DNA of 64,000 bases, taken from positions 191,766,001 to 191,830,000 of the forward strand of contig OZ024741.1 of assembly GCA_964016885.1 (NCBI GenBank), written 5' to 3'. This DNA comes from Eledone cirrhosa (taxonomy: Eukaryota). A model generated the notes under the pieces. It worked only from the letters and a program-made list of their open reading frames with translations. It did not search any database and had not been told where the DNA came from. Below are positions 51,120-64,000 of the stretch, one piece after another. Numbering within the stretch: position 1 is the first letter of the stretch; every line of letters begins with the position of its first letter. Position numbers and translations under genes: made by a program.

Positions 51120-53564
51120 CAAGTAATGGACCATGTCAGTATCTACCTCCTTTAGACTTAGAGAGGAAATCCCAGTACTACAAGGAGGATTATACAGAGA
51201 TGGTGCTCTATTTACCATAAAAATTATAACCCTCGTAGGGTGAAAAACATTAGCCAGCATATACATAAAATATTTTAAAACAAACGGCCTCTCCGTAATC
51301 ACAGACCCTTACCATAAGATAGTCAACTTCCTAGACATAACCTTAGAGCTAGATACAGGTTTATACCGACCATACCATAAGCCAGGTGAGGTGCTTTCAT
51401 ATGTAAGTAAACTATCTAACCACCCCTCCCTCTATCCTTAACTCTATTGTAAAGAACGTCTCATATAGAATCTCTAGACTCTCAGCTAATATATCCAATA
51501 ACATCGCTGGTTATTATAATGAGGCACTGGATGCATCAGACTACATCAATAAGATCTTTTATATCCCCAATACTAAATCTCTAAATAACCCTCATAAAAA
51601 TAATGTAAGTACGCGGTATAGCAACCTTACAAAAGTTAGACACAATAAAACTAGGGTAGACAAGTGTAATAGGACCAATAAGTATGGAAATAGTGATGTA
51701 GCAGGTACAGATGATACTAATAAACTATACTCCGCACCTCAGACTGGAGCAATAAACCTAGCAATATTCCCTGCCTATAGATGCAATAAGGGTGACAGAC
51801 TACTCCACATGCCTAGTTAACTTAGAATCAAACCAAAGGATGTTCCCAAAGCTGTAACGGCACATAATGTATATCACCCCTTATGGCATAAGAAACAGCG
51901 TAAGCTTAGATCCACCACATAGAAAGCTTGGCAGCAATATTTTATAGTATCTTCCAATCTACTCAATGTAGCCTCAAATATTCCTAAAATTTTCTTCGCT
52001 ATCTTATATAATAACTTCCCACCCAACCATAAATACTATAAGGTTTTTCACAAAAATAATGTAAAAATATCATAATCCACAACCCCCAACTTAGCCGACT
52101 ATATAGCATTTAGTAACCATAGTAAGCTGTCTAAGATTAAGTATTCGAGTGATATTAATGTTAAGCCGTCTCATAACGTTACGCCCATTAATAATACTGA
52201 TAATAACAATAGCAACAATGTCGACACACCTAGGTCTGCTGCAACCACCATCATAAATAATAATAATATTAACACATCTAGTACTTCTACTAACATCAAC
52301 ATAAGTAAGATAACCCTAGCAACCATAATCACCCTAGTACCATTGCGCCTGTTGCTCGCAGAAACTGTAACTGTAGAACTCCTAATAACTACCCATTGTA
52401 GGGTCACTGTCTGGTTAGTAACATGATATATAAGTGCACGGTCACCACTGATAATAGTACTAATTCTTACATAGGGGCTACTGCTAATAAATTCAAAATT
52501 GGATTTAGGTCCCACCTCCATTTGTTTAAAAATAGAAAACTTAGGAATTCCACTTCTGTCACTAGCTATATCATAGAATTAACTGAATCTAACACTAGTT
52601 ACACAACGCAATGGCGTATTATAGACAGGGCACCCTCATATAACTTTAAGAAAAAATGCAACTTATGTCTAATGGAGGCATATTATAATAGATGCTCCTT
52701 ATGCACACTAATTAACAATAAGGCTGTAACAGTAATTAACTACTCGCACAGACTTCCTTATTCCTTCTCTAACAGAGTTTATGATCCTACATAGCCAACT
52801 AAACAGATCAGACCTAAATTCATCCTTCAATCCTACAGTAAATCCTGTTAGGTAACTGCTATATGCTGGACCACAACATCTAAAAAAATTTTTGATAAGC
52901 TTGCAAACCCAGACTGAGCAGAATTCCAGTAGCGAACATATGGATATACATATATGCCACCTGTACTTGATTCTAGTATTGGATATATGTTTACCTCCAA
53001 CTAAAGCACATAAATAAAAAAAATAATATGTAATGTTTTCTATATGACACTATTCCTATTCTTTGCCACTAAACCAAACAATGATATGCAACTGCAACAC
53101 TGTAGCTTATAATTGATAATTTAATTTAAGACTGTAGGCTTTAGTAAAAAATACACCATAAAACCAATGCTCTACTAATATGACCTGATTCATAGAAGTT
53201 AATACTGAATACCCTAGTTATACTCTAGTTACCTCCCCTGTATCATTTCCTCCCTTTAAACACTGCCATCTTAAAAACACGAAACCTAAGATGGATATGG
53301 ACATGTTCATAATATCTCTGAATGTGTAAATGCTAAAGTGTTCTTGAATGTGTAGCCCATATTTTGCATTTGTATGGACTCTGATTATCGCTTTTGCGAC
53401 ATTTTTAAGAGCAAAAAATCTTCCTCTGAAGAGTCTAATAGGTACATTGTTACAGCAGAATGTAAATCTTGTTATTCACCTGTTGAATTATTAATGTACT
53501 TAATGACAAAACACTGTGTAAGGAATAAATTTTGTTATTAAATGTCTTGCTTTCTCCACCATAG

Positions 53565-53570
<6 letters not shown>
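51120..53570 (+). mobile_element. Decayed Penelope-like element, family D
   Basis: GGLYRDGAL, VNFLDITL..YRPYHKP..SNHP, NFPPNHKYYKVF, IYKCTVT..SYIGAT..CNLCLME; 3' HHR. Confidence 0.85.
53421..53525 (+). ncRNA. Type I hammerhead with G12A and long stem II
   Basis: ttcct-CTGAAGA-gtc..ggtacatt..aatgtact..gac-AAAA-cactgtg-TA-aggaa. Confidence 0.75.
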
Positions 53571-53588
<18 letters not shown>

Positions 53589-53598
<10 letters not shown>

Positions 53599-53992
53599 TA
53601 AACGGAATAGAAAATGCTGACAAATTGTTCACAGTTGAAAAATGGTTTAATTAGGAATAAAAGAGTATTAGTGATTGTATGGGTTAGTATTCAGATGTGG
53701 TTTTAAGTTTTTAAGTTTTTACCGGTTGCGCATTTCTAAATGCTTTTCAAAAATAATTTTGAGATAGAGTGTCCGTGCTGTTTGCTCTGATCAGAGCAAA
53801 CAGCACGGACACTCTATCTCAAAATTATTTTTGAAAAGCATTTAGAAATGCGCAACCGGTAAAAACTTAAAAACTTAAAACCACATCTGAATACTAACCC
53901 ATACAATCACTAATACTCTTTTATTCCTAATTAAACCATTTTTCAACTGTGAACAATTTGTCAGCATTTTCTATTCCGTTTACCAATATATA
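53589..53992. repeat. Perfect spacer-less palindrome, 202-bp arms
   Basis: Centre CTCTGA|TCAGAG at 53790/53791; arms read as exact reverse complements. Confidence 0.95.
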
Positions 53993-54203
53993 ATAACTTG
54001 TGTGTTACACCTCTATTCTTTTAACTATATATATATATATACACATACATGTATATTTATATATAGACATACATACATATATCCATCAAGTATATATGCG
54101 TGTGCCTTTTGTTGTGACAGCTACAAGGCATGTAGGTGTAACAACAAAAACACGCAGCACATCTGTAAAGGCAGCCGATGTTAGAACGGGAATCCGTTAT
54201 TTA

Positions 54204-54295
<92 letters not shown>

Positions 54296-54302
54296 TATAT
54301 AC

Positions 54303-54352
<50 letters not shown>

Positions 54353-54388
54353 ATACATATACATATATATACATATACATATATATAC

Positions 54389-54422
<34 letters not shown>

Positions 54423-54432
54423 ATACATATAC

Positions 54433-54463
<31 letters not shown>

Positions 54464-54471
54464 CATATACA

Positions 54472-54503
<32 letters not shown>

Positions 54504-54504
54504 C

Positions 54505-54535
<31 letters not shown>

Positions 54536-54542
54536 CATATAC

Positions 54543-54573
<31 letters not shown>

Positions 54574-54788
54574 AAGGCGTGTGGCTGAGTGGTTAGAGAA
54601 TTGGATTCGCAATCGTAAGGTTGTGAGTTCGATTCCTGGACCAGGCGATGCGTTATGTCCTTGAGCAAGACACTTTATTTCACGTTGCTCCTTCTACCTG
54701 GAGTTGCGACCGATAGATAGTATTAGCAATTGGAAAGACCAACGGAAACATTGTTTCCTCGGTCCGATTTGACGAAAGTCAATCGTTT
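54574..54788 (+). mobile_element. tRNA-derived CORE-type SINE
   Basis: A box TGGCTGAGTGG, B box GAGTTCGATTC, core TGTCCTTGAGCAAGACAC; inverted copy at 58625-58830. Confidence 0.8.
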
Positions 54789-54863
54789 TTCTCTCTCTCT
54801 CTCTCTCTCTCATATATATGTGTGTATAAATTAGCATTGGTGCTCTGAAATAGCAATTTATAT

Positions 54864-55050
54864 AAAGCAAAGCAGAGTAATTGACAGTCACCGTTTCTCA
54901 GTTGTCAGTGGTTGTCAAGACCACCTACACCTTCACTTCTGCCAAGAGTTATAGAAGCTGGATTATTATAGAATTCCAGTTATATTTATGAGCTGTTGAA
55001 ACTCACTACAAGTGAGAAATGGTGACCATCGATTACTCTGCTTTGCTTTT
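54864..55050. repeat. Imperfect inverted repeat (~60-bp arms)
   Basis: AAAGCAAAGCAGAGTAAT..GTCACC.TTTCTCA versus TGAGAAATGGTGAC..ATTACTCTGCTTTGCTTT. Confidence 0.7.
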
Positions 55051-55160
55051 GCCGAGACTAGGTATGTGACTTTAGTCACTACTTTAACATTCATAGTGAA
55101 TGGCCTTCAAAATGTTTTTAAATAAACATACAGTATATTAGTAAATATACTATATGTACA

Positions 55161-55201
<41 letters not shown>

Positions 55202-55237
55202 CACATACATATATAGATACATACATATATATATGTA

Positions 55238-58200
55238 TCATCATCATCATCATAATCATCATCGTTTAACGTCTATCTTCCACGTTAGCATGGGTTTAGA
55301 CGGGAGTTGTCCTACTTGCGGCAAGAATGGTTGAGTGACCATGTCGTGCTCGTATAGGACTGTCTGGCAGGTTTTCTATGGCTGGATGCCCTTCCTAGCA
55401 CCAACCACGTTTACAGTGTGGACTGGGAGGTTTTTACCGTGATACCTACACGGCCACATTACAGCGTGGTCTGTGTGTTTTTTTGTCGTGACACCTACAG
55501 GACCTCATTTATTTTGGACTGGATGTTGTGGTACCAACATAACTTTACAGAGAAAGGGTGGTGTTGGTGGGAGTGTGTGTGTGTGGGAAGGGGGGGGGAT
55601 AGGGATAGTAGGATGGGGTATATATTTGGTTAAGAGGTGCCTACTGACTGTAGGTTTCGCTTTGTACATAGGCAAGGCGGGTCTGCTGTATTACTGCGTA
55701 GCGCCAAAGATCTCGGTCCAGTGACATTGTCTTAGAGAGATGTAACTGTGTAAGGTCAGAATTTATCAAATCGTCCCAGGTTTTTCTGGGTCGACCTACT
55801 CCATAACTACCATCAAATTTGATCACCCTGCACTTTTTTTATACAACTGTCGTCTTTCAAGCGCATCACGTGACCATACCAACGTAGTCTTCTCTCGAGT
55901 AAACAGCATCTAATCCCTCTTATTCCTAATTTCTCACTTAGTTCATTTATGCTTTGCCGTTCACGTATATTACTATTACACATCCAACGGATCATGAATG
56001 CTTCATTCCTCTCCAGTCTGCGCAGATCCTCTGCACACAATGCCCATGTCTCACTGCCATGTAACATTGCTGTTCGTATACAGGCATCATACAATCTGCC
56101 TTTCATTTTTAGAGAGAAACCTTTAGTGGCCAATAGTGGTATTAAGTCTCTGAACTTTTTCCATCCATTCTGACTCTGGCTACTGTACTTTCAGAGCACT
56201 CTCCACCACTGCTGATTTTGTCACCCTGGTAACAGAAGGTGTCCACTATTTCTATAGAACTATCTAGGCAATAGAAGGAGCTAGTATCCTGTGGGCACTT
56301 GCTACTTATTGCACCTGAGCATCGGCCACATAAAATCTACGTTCTTAGATAGCTTACCTGTGATGTGATCCCACTACATCTTTTATGTACCCATAGTTTG
56401 CATTTGGGACATAAATGGAATTTCTACCTACTCTTTTCCTACACACTGAGCATGGCCATTTCCCAGAGGGTACCTGTACCCTATTTTCCTTTCTACATAC
56501 TAGAAATTTAGTCTTAGACAAGTTAACTTTAAGTCCTTATGATTCTAGGCCATGCTTCCATGTTTGGAATTTCTTCTCTAGTTCAGCCATCGATTCAGCT
56601 ATGAGAGTTAGATCATCTGCGTATAGAAGTTCTCATGGGCAGCCAGTCTTGAACTCCTCTGTTATAGCCTGAAGGGCACTAATAAATAGGAGGGGGCTAA
56701 GGACAGAGCCTTGATGAACACCAACTTTTACGCTAAATTCTTCACTATATTTGTTGTTAATTTTAACCTTGCTGACTGTTTCTTTATACATGGCTTGTAT
56801 AGCTCTCACAAGCCATTCATCAACACCTAGTTTTCTAAGAGCCCACCAGATAATGGAGCAGGGGACTCTGTCAAAGGCTTTCTCCAAGTCAACAAAAGCT
56901 AAGTATAGGGGTTTACTTTTAGCTAGGTACTTCTCCTGTAGTTGTACAAGGAAAAGAGCGTCCGTGGTACTTTTACCTGACACAAACCCAAACTGCATTT
57001 CATCTAGATCAGTTCGCTCTCTGATTATTTGCACTATAACTCTTTCTGTGGCCTTTATGACCTGGTCAACCAATTTAATGCCTCTATAGTTTCTCCTATC
57101 TAGGGCATCTCCTTTACCCTTGTAACAGTTAATGATGATGCTGCTACACCAGTCTTTTGGTATGACTCAATTCTGTATGACTTGGTTTACTATCCGGGTG
57201 ACCATAGTGTTTCCCACCATTCCAGATGCTTTCAGCATTTCAGCAACTATCTCCAGGCTGCCTTGCCTGTCTTCATATCTTTGATTGCCTTACTTACTAT
57301 ACTACCTTTAACTTGCACTGCTGGTCCCTCTATTGGATCGATTAGGAGTAGACTATCTTTTTCCCATTTATTCTCCTCATTTAGTAGTCTCTCGTAGTGA
57401 CACTTCCAAGCTACCTTCTTATCAGCATCAGTCATGGCAAGTACACCATCATCATTACAGACACACTTCTCCCCGACAATATTACGGTTTTCCTTGACAC
57501 ATTGTCTTGCAATCCTGAACACCTCACGTTTTTGGTCCTCACGTTGTAGAACATGCTCGAACTTTCTTTCCTCTGCTTCCCTTCTTGCAAAGTACACTTG
57601 TCTCCTAGCTTCTCTCTGGCTACTTGATAGTGTTCTCTACTTCCCCCATCCCGCCATATTTTCCAAGCCTGCTTTTTGGCCTTGATTGACTCCTCCACAT
57701 TACTGTTCCACAACCAAGTTACTCTCCTCCTGCCTATAGGTCTGCTCCAGCCACAGATTTCATTTGTTGCTTTCAGCAGGTTAACTTTCAGGAATTTCCA
57801 CTGTTCCTCTATATTGTACGACTCTAATTGTTCTTCCTTACTGTTAAAAGCATCAAGTAATATGCTTTTAAATTTGTTACTGGCTGTGGGGTCCTTTAAC
57901 TTCCATATTCTTCTCCTAAGGATAATCCTTTTCTGCTGTCGGGTACGTCTCGTCCTGACTATGAGGTCGCTAATTATCAGTCTATGTTGGGAGGTGCATT
58001 CTTCATGAGGGAGGGATTTAGTGTTTACAACAGACACTCTGTCACGTCTTCTGGTAAGGATATAATCTACCTGGCTGGTATGTTCCCCTGATCTGTAGGT
58101 GATCAAGTGATTGTCTCGTTTTTTTATTGTCTCTGTTGTCGAGTACGTCTAGTCCTGCCTATGAGGTCACTAACTATTAGGCTATGTTGGGAGGTGCACA
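55238..58200 (-). mobile_element. Decayed RTE LINE, same family as 27481-30920
   Basis: SQVDYILTR, SQHRLII, AFVDLEKAFDRV, VGVHQGSVLSPLLF, LLYADD, LHGSETW. Confidence 0.92.
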
Positions 58201-58547
58201 TATCACCATCATCATCATCACCGTTTTATGTCCGTTCTTCCACGCTAGCATGGGTTAGACGGGTTGTCCTGTTGTGAGCAGTGTCCAGTCGGCTGACCTT
58301 GTCTTTTTCATACGGGAACTGATTCTGGCTTGATTTCTACAGCTGGATGCCCTTCCTGACACCAACCTCATTTACAGTGAGTGCTGGGTGCTTTTTTTTT
58401 CGTGGCGCCTACACGTCCACTTTACAGTGTGTGCTGGGTGCATTTTTTCTGTGGCACCTCCACGACCACTTTGCAGTGGGAGGGTGTGGGGCATATTGTC
58501 TATATGCTTCAGCTTCGACTTGTACCCGTGGGGGGTCGGGTCTTCTG

Positions 58548-58593
<46 letters not shown>

Positions 58594-58850
58594 CTTATAT
58601 ATATATATATATATATTTTTTTTGCGATCGACTTTCGTCAAATCGGACCGAGGAAACAATGTTTCCATCGGTCTTTCCAGTTGCTAGTACTATCTATCGG
58701 TCGCAACTCCAGGTAGAAGGAGCAACGTGAAATAAAATGTCTTGCTCAAGGACATAACGCATCGATCGGTCCAGGACTCGAACTCACAACCTCAAGATTG
58801 TGAATCCAATTCTCTAACCACTCAGCCATATTCTTATATATATATATATT

Positions 58851-58896
<46 letters not shown>

Positions 58897-58962
58897 TATA
58901 TACATATATATGTATGCGTGTGTATATATATATACACACACATACATACATATACATACATT

Positions 58963-59008
<46 letters not shown>

Positions 59009-59632
59009 ATGCATATATATATATATATATATATATATGGTGGCTGCCAACTCGTTTTCGAGTACGGCCACTACTTTATATCCATGTAGGAGAACCCCTA
59101 CCGATGCGCTGAACGAGTGTGACTTTTTAGTCCAGCCAGCGACTTGAAAACTCTGGTACTACACTTGTGACAATTATTGACACATAGTGCTGGGCCCATG
59201 GTACCATGTGACGACAAGTGCAGAGAGATCTCCAGATATAAAGCAATGCCTGTGCCGTGAAGCTTTTATAGTGAGCAAAGGCACTGCACAAAGCCAGTCC
59301 CACTCTCTTAACCAAGATGATATTTACCAAAAAGAAGAACATGTCAACATCATTGGATACCATCAGAGTTGCAGGTGTTATATCAGTGTTTTCCTTCTCT
59401 AGACTTCTGCCTATATATATATACATATATACATGCATATATATATATATATATATGCATGTACATATATATATACATGCATATATATATATATGCATGT
59501 ACATATATATATACATGCATATATATATATGCATGCCTATATATATATATATGTATGTATATATGATGATGATGATATGTGTGTATATATATATATACAT
59601 AAGTTTAGATGTTAAAGTCCTTTATTGATAAG

Positions 59633-59710
59633 GCTGTGATACATATTTTGATGATGGCAGTGACCACGCGATTTTGTGTAGTACCCAGTGTCATGATCTC
59701 ATCAGACAGC
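59633..59710 (-). ncRNA. Type I hammerhead with G12A, followed by AATAAA (orphan pseudo-LTR)
   Basis: Minus strand: gctgt-CTGATGA-gat..atc-AAAA-tatgta-TC-acagc. Confidence 0.72.
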
Positions 59711-60309
59711 TTCTTACATAATAAGGTTACAATGAAGGAGGTAATCTAAAATCGAAGTGACAAGGGAACGGATAAACAGCGATGTTCAAGAATCAAATGC
59801 CCATTCCCCTGTGAACTTCAGTTCATGCTAACAGGTCTGCGCATGCGTAAATGTAGGATTGCAAACCATAGCAAACTATGACCATCTCCCCTCTCTCGTT
59901 TAAGGTAACTGGGTGCCAGTCAGTGCCCTGAATTCAGCCGATATTTTGCTGGCCGAAGACCAAAATGCTGTGGTAGAGGGAGATTATGAGTTTTAGTGGC
60001 TTTTTTATACTACCCACATAGTGGCCTAATTTTGGGTAGACATAGTATGGTTTCCTAATGGAAGTTAAAATTAGTAAATGAGACTAAATAAGTGAAATTA
60101 AAAGTTTTGAATTGTTGTAAATTAAAGAATATAACCTAAGGTATAGAATGGGATAATTTAAATGAAGTAATATCATCCTCCATCAGATGAATTAATACAC
60201 ATAGTGAAAGATTAAAAGCATGGTAAGTATACATACACACACCCATACACATACATATAGACAAACACCTACACACATACATACACACACACATATATAT
60301 ATTATTTTA

Positions 60310-60361
<52 letters not shown>

Positions 60362-60958
60362 TGCCCCCTCGTTATCGAGTATGGCCATTGCACGATATAC
60401 CATTATTAATAATTATTAATTAATTTTATCGTGCAATGCCTGTGCGTGAAGATATTTTATAAAGTGAGGAAAGACTGTGCACTGAGCCAATCCCACTCTC
60501 TGAGCGACAGTAGCTATAACCTGAAAAGAAGAAAAGATCAACATCATCGGTAACTACTGAGCCGCATATTTTATATCGGAGTTATCCCAGTTTCCTGAGT
60601 TGCCTTCTCCTAGAAGAATGCCCTGACAAAGGCTATGGGTCCTTCACTCCCAGTGGTTTAACCGTGTGATCGGGTGTCCAGCCCGACTATTTCTATGCTC
60701 CTGCGCATATACATACATATGTACATGTGTATATACATATTTACACACTTTTGGATGGCTGTTGACTCTTATGAGTTCTTCCGCCCTTTGTCAGGTTTTG
60801 TTTTTTGTCCTGCAGGGTGTCCAGAATCACCCTCCTCACCAACTTGGTGGGGTTGCCGGTTTAGTCGCCGACGATCCGACCATGCGACAGGTTGTACTGG
60901 GTTACATGTTACAAGTAGCACTCAAGAGTGACCCGATATATATATATATATATACATA

Positions 60959-61264
60959 TCTATACATACACAAATGTGTGGATATACATACAAACCCATA
61001 TATACACAGCCGAGTATATTAAGATAGAAATACTCCGTCATTCCTGTGTGGAAAATGCATGTTGAGTTCCCCAATTGAATTACATCAATATTTTATTATA
61101 TATATATTTATGTATATATATATATATATGTATATGTATATATATGTATATATATATATAAATTAATGTATATATATATAATAACTAGAGATTGATTAAT
61201 ATATAAAAATACATGAATAATCACAGGAGATAATTTAAGCTTGCGTGCAACCGCGCATAGCTAG
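60959..61264 (+). mobile_element. Putative short non-autonomous Helitron
   Basis: 3' hairpin TGCGTG-CAAC-CGCGCA then TAGCTAG|T at 61264; candidate 5' A|TCTATAC at 60959. Confidence 0.5.
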
Positions 61265-63089
61265 TTTAGGCAATATTTACCTTTAAGAATGATTACTTTC
61301 CTTGTATATATCCCATTAAAGAAATATATTTCACCAATTAATCAGATGGTAAGTCATGGAAAGTGGATATTATTGGATTGTCAACAAGGAAATCGATAAT
61401 TATCCAGTCATTCGTGCTTACAGAGCGAGATCAAATCTTTCAACTATCCGTTACCACGTGTTGCGTCCACACAAGATAGCGGTTTCGTTCCAATTTTCCC
61501 TGCTTGCAAGGGTGGGATGGGTCCTATTCAGCACAACATCTCTCCACTTGTCACAGTCCTTCGTCATCTCCTCCGTGAGCTTCAACGATCTGAGGTCTGC
61601 TCTCACCATCTCCGCCCATGTTCTTCATGGTATTCCTCTACTACGTCTTCCTTCTAATGGGATTTCTTGGCACTTCTTTACCCAGCAATCATCCTCCATG
61701 TGCATCACATGTCCAATGACAAACAATTTTTTAGCCTGATAGTGGAGTTTAGAACCCTCTAAGAAATTGAAAAAGATGAGTATTGACGTACATATATATA
61801 TATGTATATATGATTATATATATATGTATATATGATTATATATATATATGTATATAATCATATATACATATATATCATCATGTATACATATATATATCAT
61901 CATCATCATCTTTGTTTAACGTCCATTTTCCACACTAGCATGGGTTAGACAGAGCATGGGTATAATCATATATACATATATATATAATCATATATACATT
62001 TATATATAATCATATATACATATATATATGTGATGTGTTGTTTCCTTGAGCAAGACACTTTATTTCACATTGCTCCAGTTTACTCAGCTGTAGAAATGAG
62101 ATGATAGGGACTGGGGTCCCTATCATTCCACTGCAAAGTGGTCGTGGAGGTGCCACGGCAAAAAAGCACCCAGCACTCACTGTAAATGAGGTTGGTGTTA
62201 GGAAAGGCATCCAACTGTAGAAATCAAGCCAGAATCAGTTCCCGTCCCACCCTTGCAAGCAGGGAAAAGCGGACGTAAAATGATGATGACGATGATGATG
62301 ATGATGATATGTACGTCAATACTCATCTTTTTCCATTTCTTAGAGGGTTCTAAACTCCACTATCAGGCTAAAATTTCGTATATATATCATATGTCATTGG
62401 ACATATGATATATATACATCTAAACCCATACTAGTGTGGAAGGTAGACGTTAAACGATGATGATGATGTATATATATATATACCCAATTGCACCTCTCAA
62501 GGGCGATGACACACGACTGAGACCTCTGGCGTCATGCAGTAATACAGAAGACCCGACTCCCCACGGGTACAAGCCGAAGCTGAAGCATATAGACAATATG
62601 CCCCCACCCCCTCCCACTGCAAAGTGGTCGTGGAGGTGCCACGGCAAATAAGCACCCAGCCCACACTGTAAACTGAACATGTAGGCACCACGGAAAAAAG
62701 CACCCAGCACTCACTGTAAATGAGGTTGGTGTTAGGAAGGGCATCCAGCTGTAGAAATCAAGCCAGAATCAATTCCCGTATGAGCAAGACAAGGTCAGCC
62801 GACTGGACACTGCCCACAACAGGACAACCCGTCTAACCCATGCTAGCATGGAAGAACGGACATAAAACAGTGATGATGATGATGATATATGTGTGTGTGT
62901 ATATATATATATGTATATATATGTGTATATATATATATATGTATATATATATATAAATATATGTACGTATATATATGTATATATATATATATGTATATAT
63001 ATGTGTATATATGTGTGTATATATATGTGTATATATATGCGTATATATATATATATATGGATATATATGTGTATATATATATATATATA

Positions 63090-64000
63090 CGAGGGGGGAT
63101 CAAAAAGTTCGCGGAATTTTATCGTAGTCAGAAAAAAATCAGGTTAAAACAATATTAAACATGTCAGAACATTGTCACTTGGTGTTTACCTTGCAGTCAC
63201 TTGCAGTCAGTTATGCGTGGACTATTGTACAGTACTGACACTCCTTAAACAACCTCTTTTTGGAACAATGGAAAATAGATATTTTGAGATAAGATCGAAT
63301 ATCAAATTTCTGGTGAAACTCAAATGGAATGGGACACAGATTATGGAGGCTTTAGTTAAAGTTTACAGTACTACTGCTGTCTACAAATGGATTCAGCGAT
63401 TCAAACAAGGGAGAGACGACCTTGAAGACGACCATCACAGCGGAAGACTAGGAACATCAAAACATGACCAAAACGTTGAGGCTGCTCAGACTTTAATTGA
63501 AGAAGATCGAAGAATAACAGTTAATCAGTTAGCTAAGTCCCTAGACATTTCATATGGTTCGGCAAATTCAATTCTGCACGATAATTTGGGACTAAGCAAG
63601 CTTTCAGCGCGATGGGTCCCAAAAGCGTTGCACCCTGATCAGCTGATTCTTCGAAGTGATCTGTCTTTGGCGATATTAAACAAAATTGAAGTTGATGAAG
63701 AGCATTTCCTGACCAGAATCATCACCGGAGATGAAACCTGGATCTACCAGTATGATGCTGAATCCAAACAGCAGTCAAAACAGTGGCTTCCACGTGGATC
63801 ATCGGGGCCAATCAAGTTCAAATCTCAAAAGTCGGATCAAAAAGTGATGGCCACCATTTTCTGGGATTCAGATATGGTGATACTAATAGATTATCTTGAA
63901 GGTCAAAGAACTGTGACAGGAGCTTACTATGCAAATGTTTTAAGGAAGCTGAAAGAGGCATTAGTCAAGAAACAAAAAGGGAAACTTCATGGTGGGATCT
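63090..64000 (+). mobile_element. Mariner transposon, runs off the window
   Basis: TA|CGAGGGGGGATCAAAAAGTT terminus at the end of a (TA)n tract. Confidence 0.88.
63268..64000 (+). CDS. Mariner transposase, open to the window end (absent from the ORF track)
   Basis: Manual translation: MENRYFEIRSNIKF..LSARWVPK..IITGDETWIYQYD..KVMATIFWD..TVTGAYY, no stop codon. Confidence 0.88.
   Translation, partial: MENRYFEIRSNIKFLVKLKWNGTQIMEALVKVYSTTAVYKWIQRFKQGRDDLEDDHHSGRLGTSKHDQNVEAAQTLIEEDRRITVNQLAKSLDISYGSANSILHDNLGLSKLSARWVPKALHPDQLILRSDLSLAILNKIEVDEEHFLTRIITGDETWIYQYDAESKQQSKQWLPRGSSGPIKFKSQKSDQKVMATIFWDSDMVILIDYLEGQRTVTGAYYANVLRKLKEALVKKQKGKLHGGI

Noticed and set aside
54574-54650. Functional tRNA gene
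   Set aside because: A/B boxes run directly into the SINE core; no proper acceptor stem

Overview
AT-rich, repeat-dense eukaryotic DNA with no confidently identifiable host protein-coding gene. The (TA)n/(TG)n tracts, CORE-type tRNA-derived SINEs with RTE-like tails and RTE LINEs suggest an octopus/cephalopod genome (inference). Contents: several Penelope-like retroelement (PLE; RT + GIY-YIG) families, a Gypsy-type LTR complex nested in a PLE, many RTE LINE fragments, restriction-like-endonuclease (RLE) LINE fragments, Tc1/mariner, hAT (Buster/Charlie-like) and Helitron elements. Most ORF-track entries are microsatellite or antisense artefacts. The main signal, read by eye, is a dense set of type I hammerhead ribozyme (HHR) motifs: 13 with traceable core and stem I, several of them mutated. 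Some lie in PLE 3' pseudo-LTRs. Others lie in non-coding 420-515 nt tandem or inverted retrozyme-like units with fold-back ends, one of which ends exactly at the predicted GUC cleavage site. Also notable: an RLE-LINE fragment apparently splitting a tRNA-Glu gene, a three-unit array of LTR-end/primer-binding-site junctions, and a perfect 404-bp palindrome. Boundaries of decayed elements are approximate.
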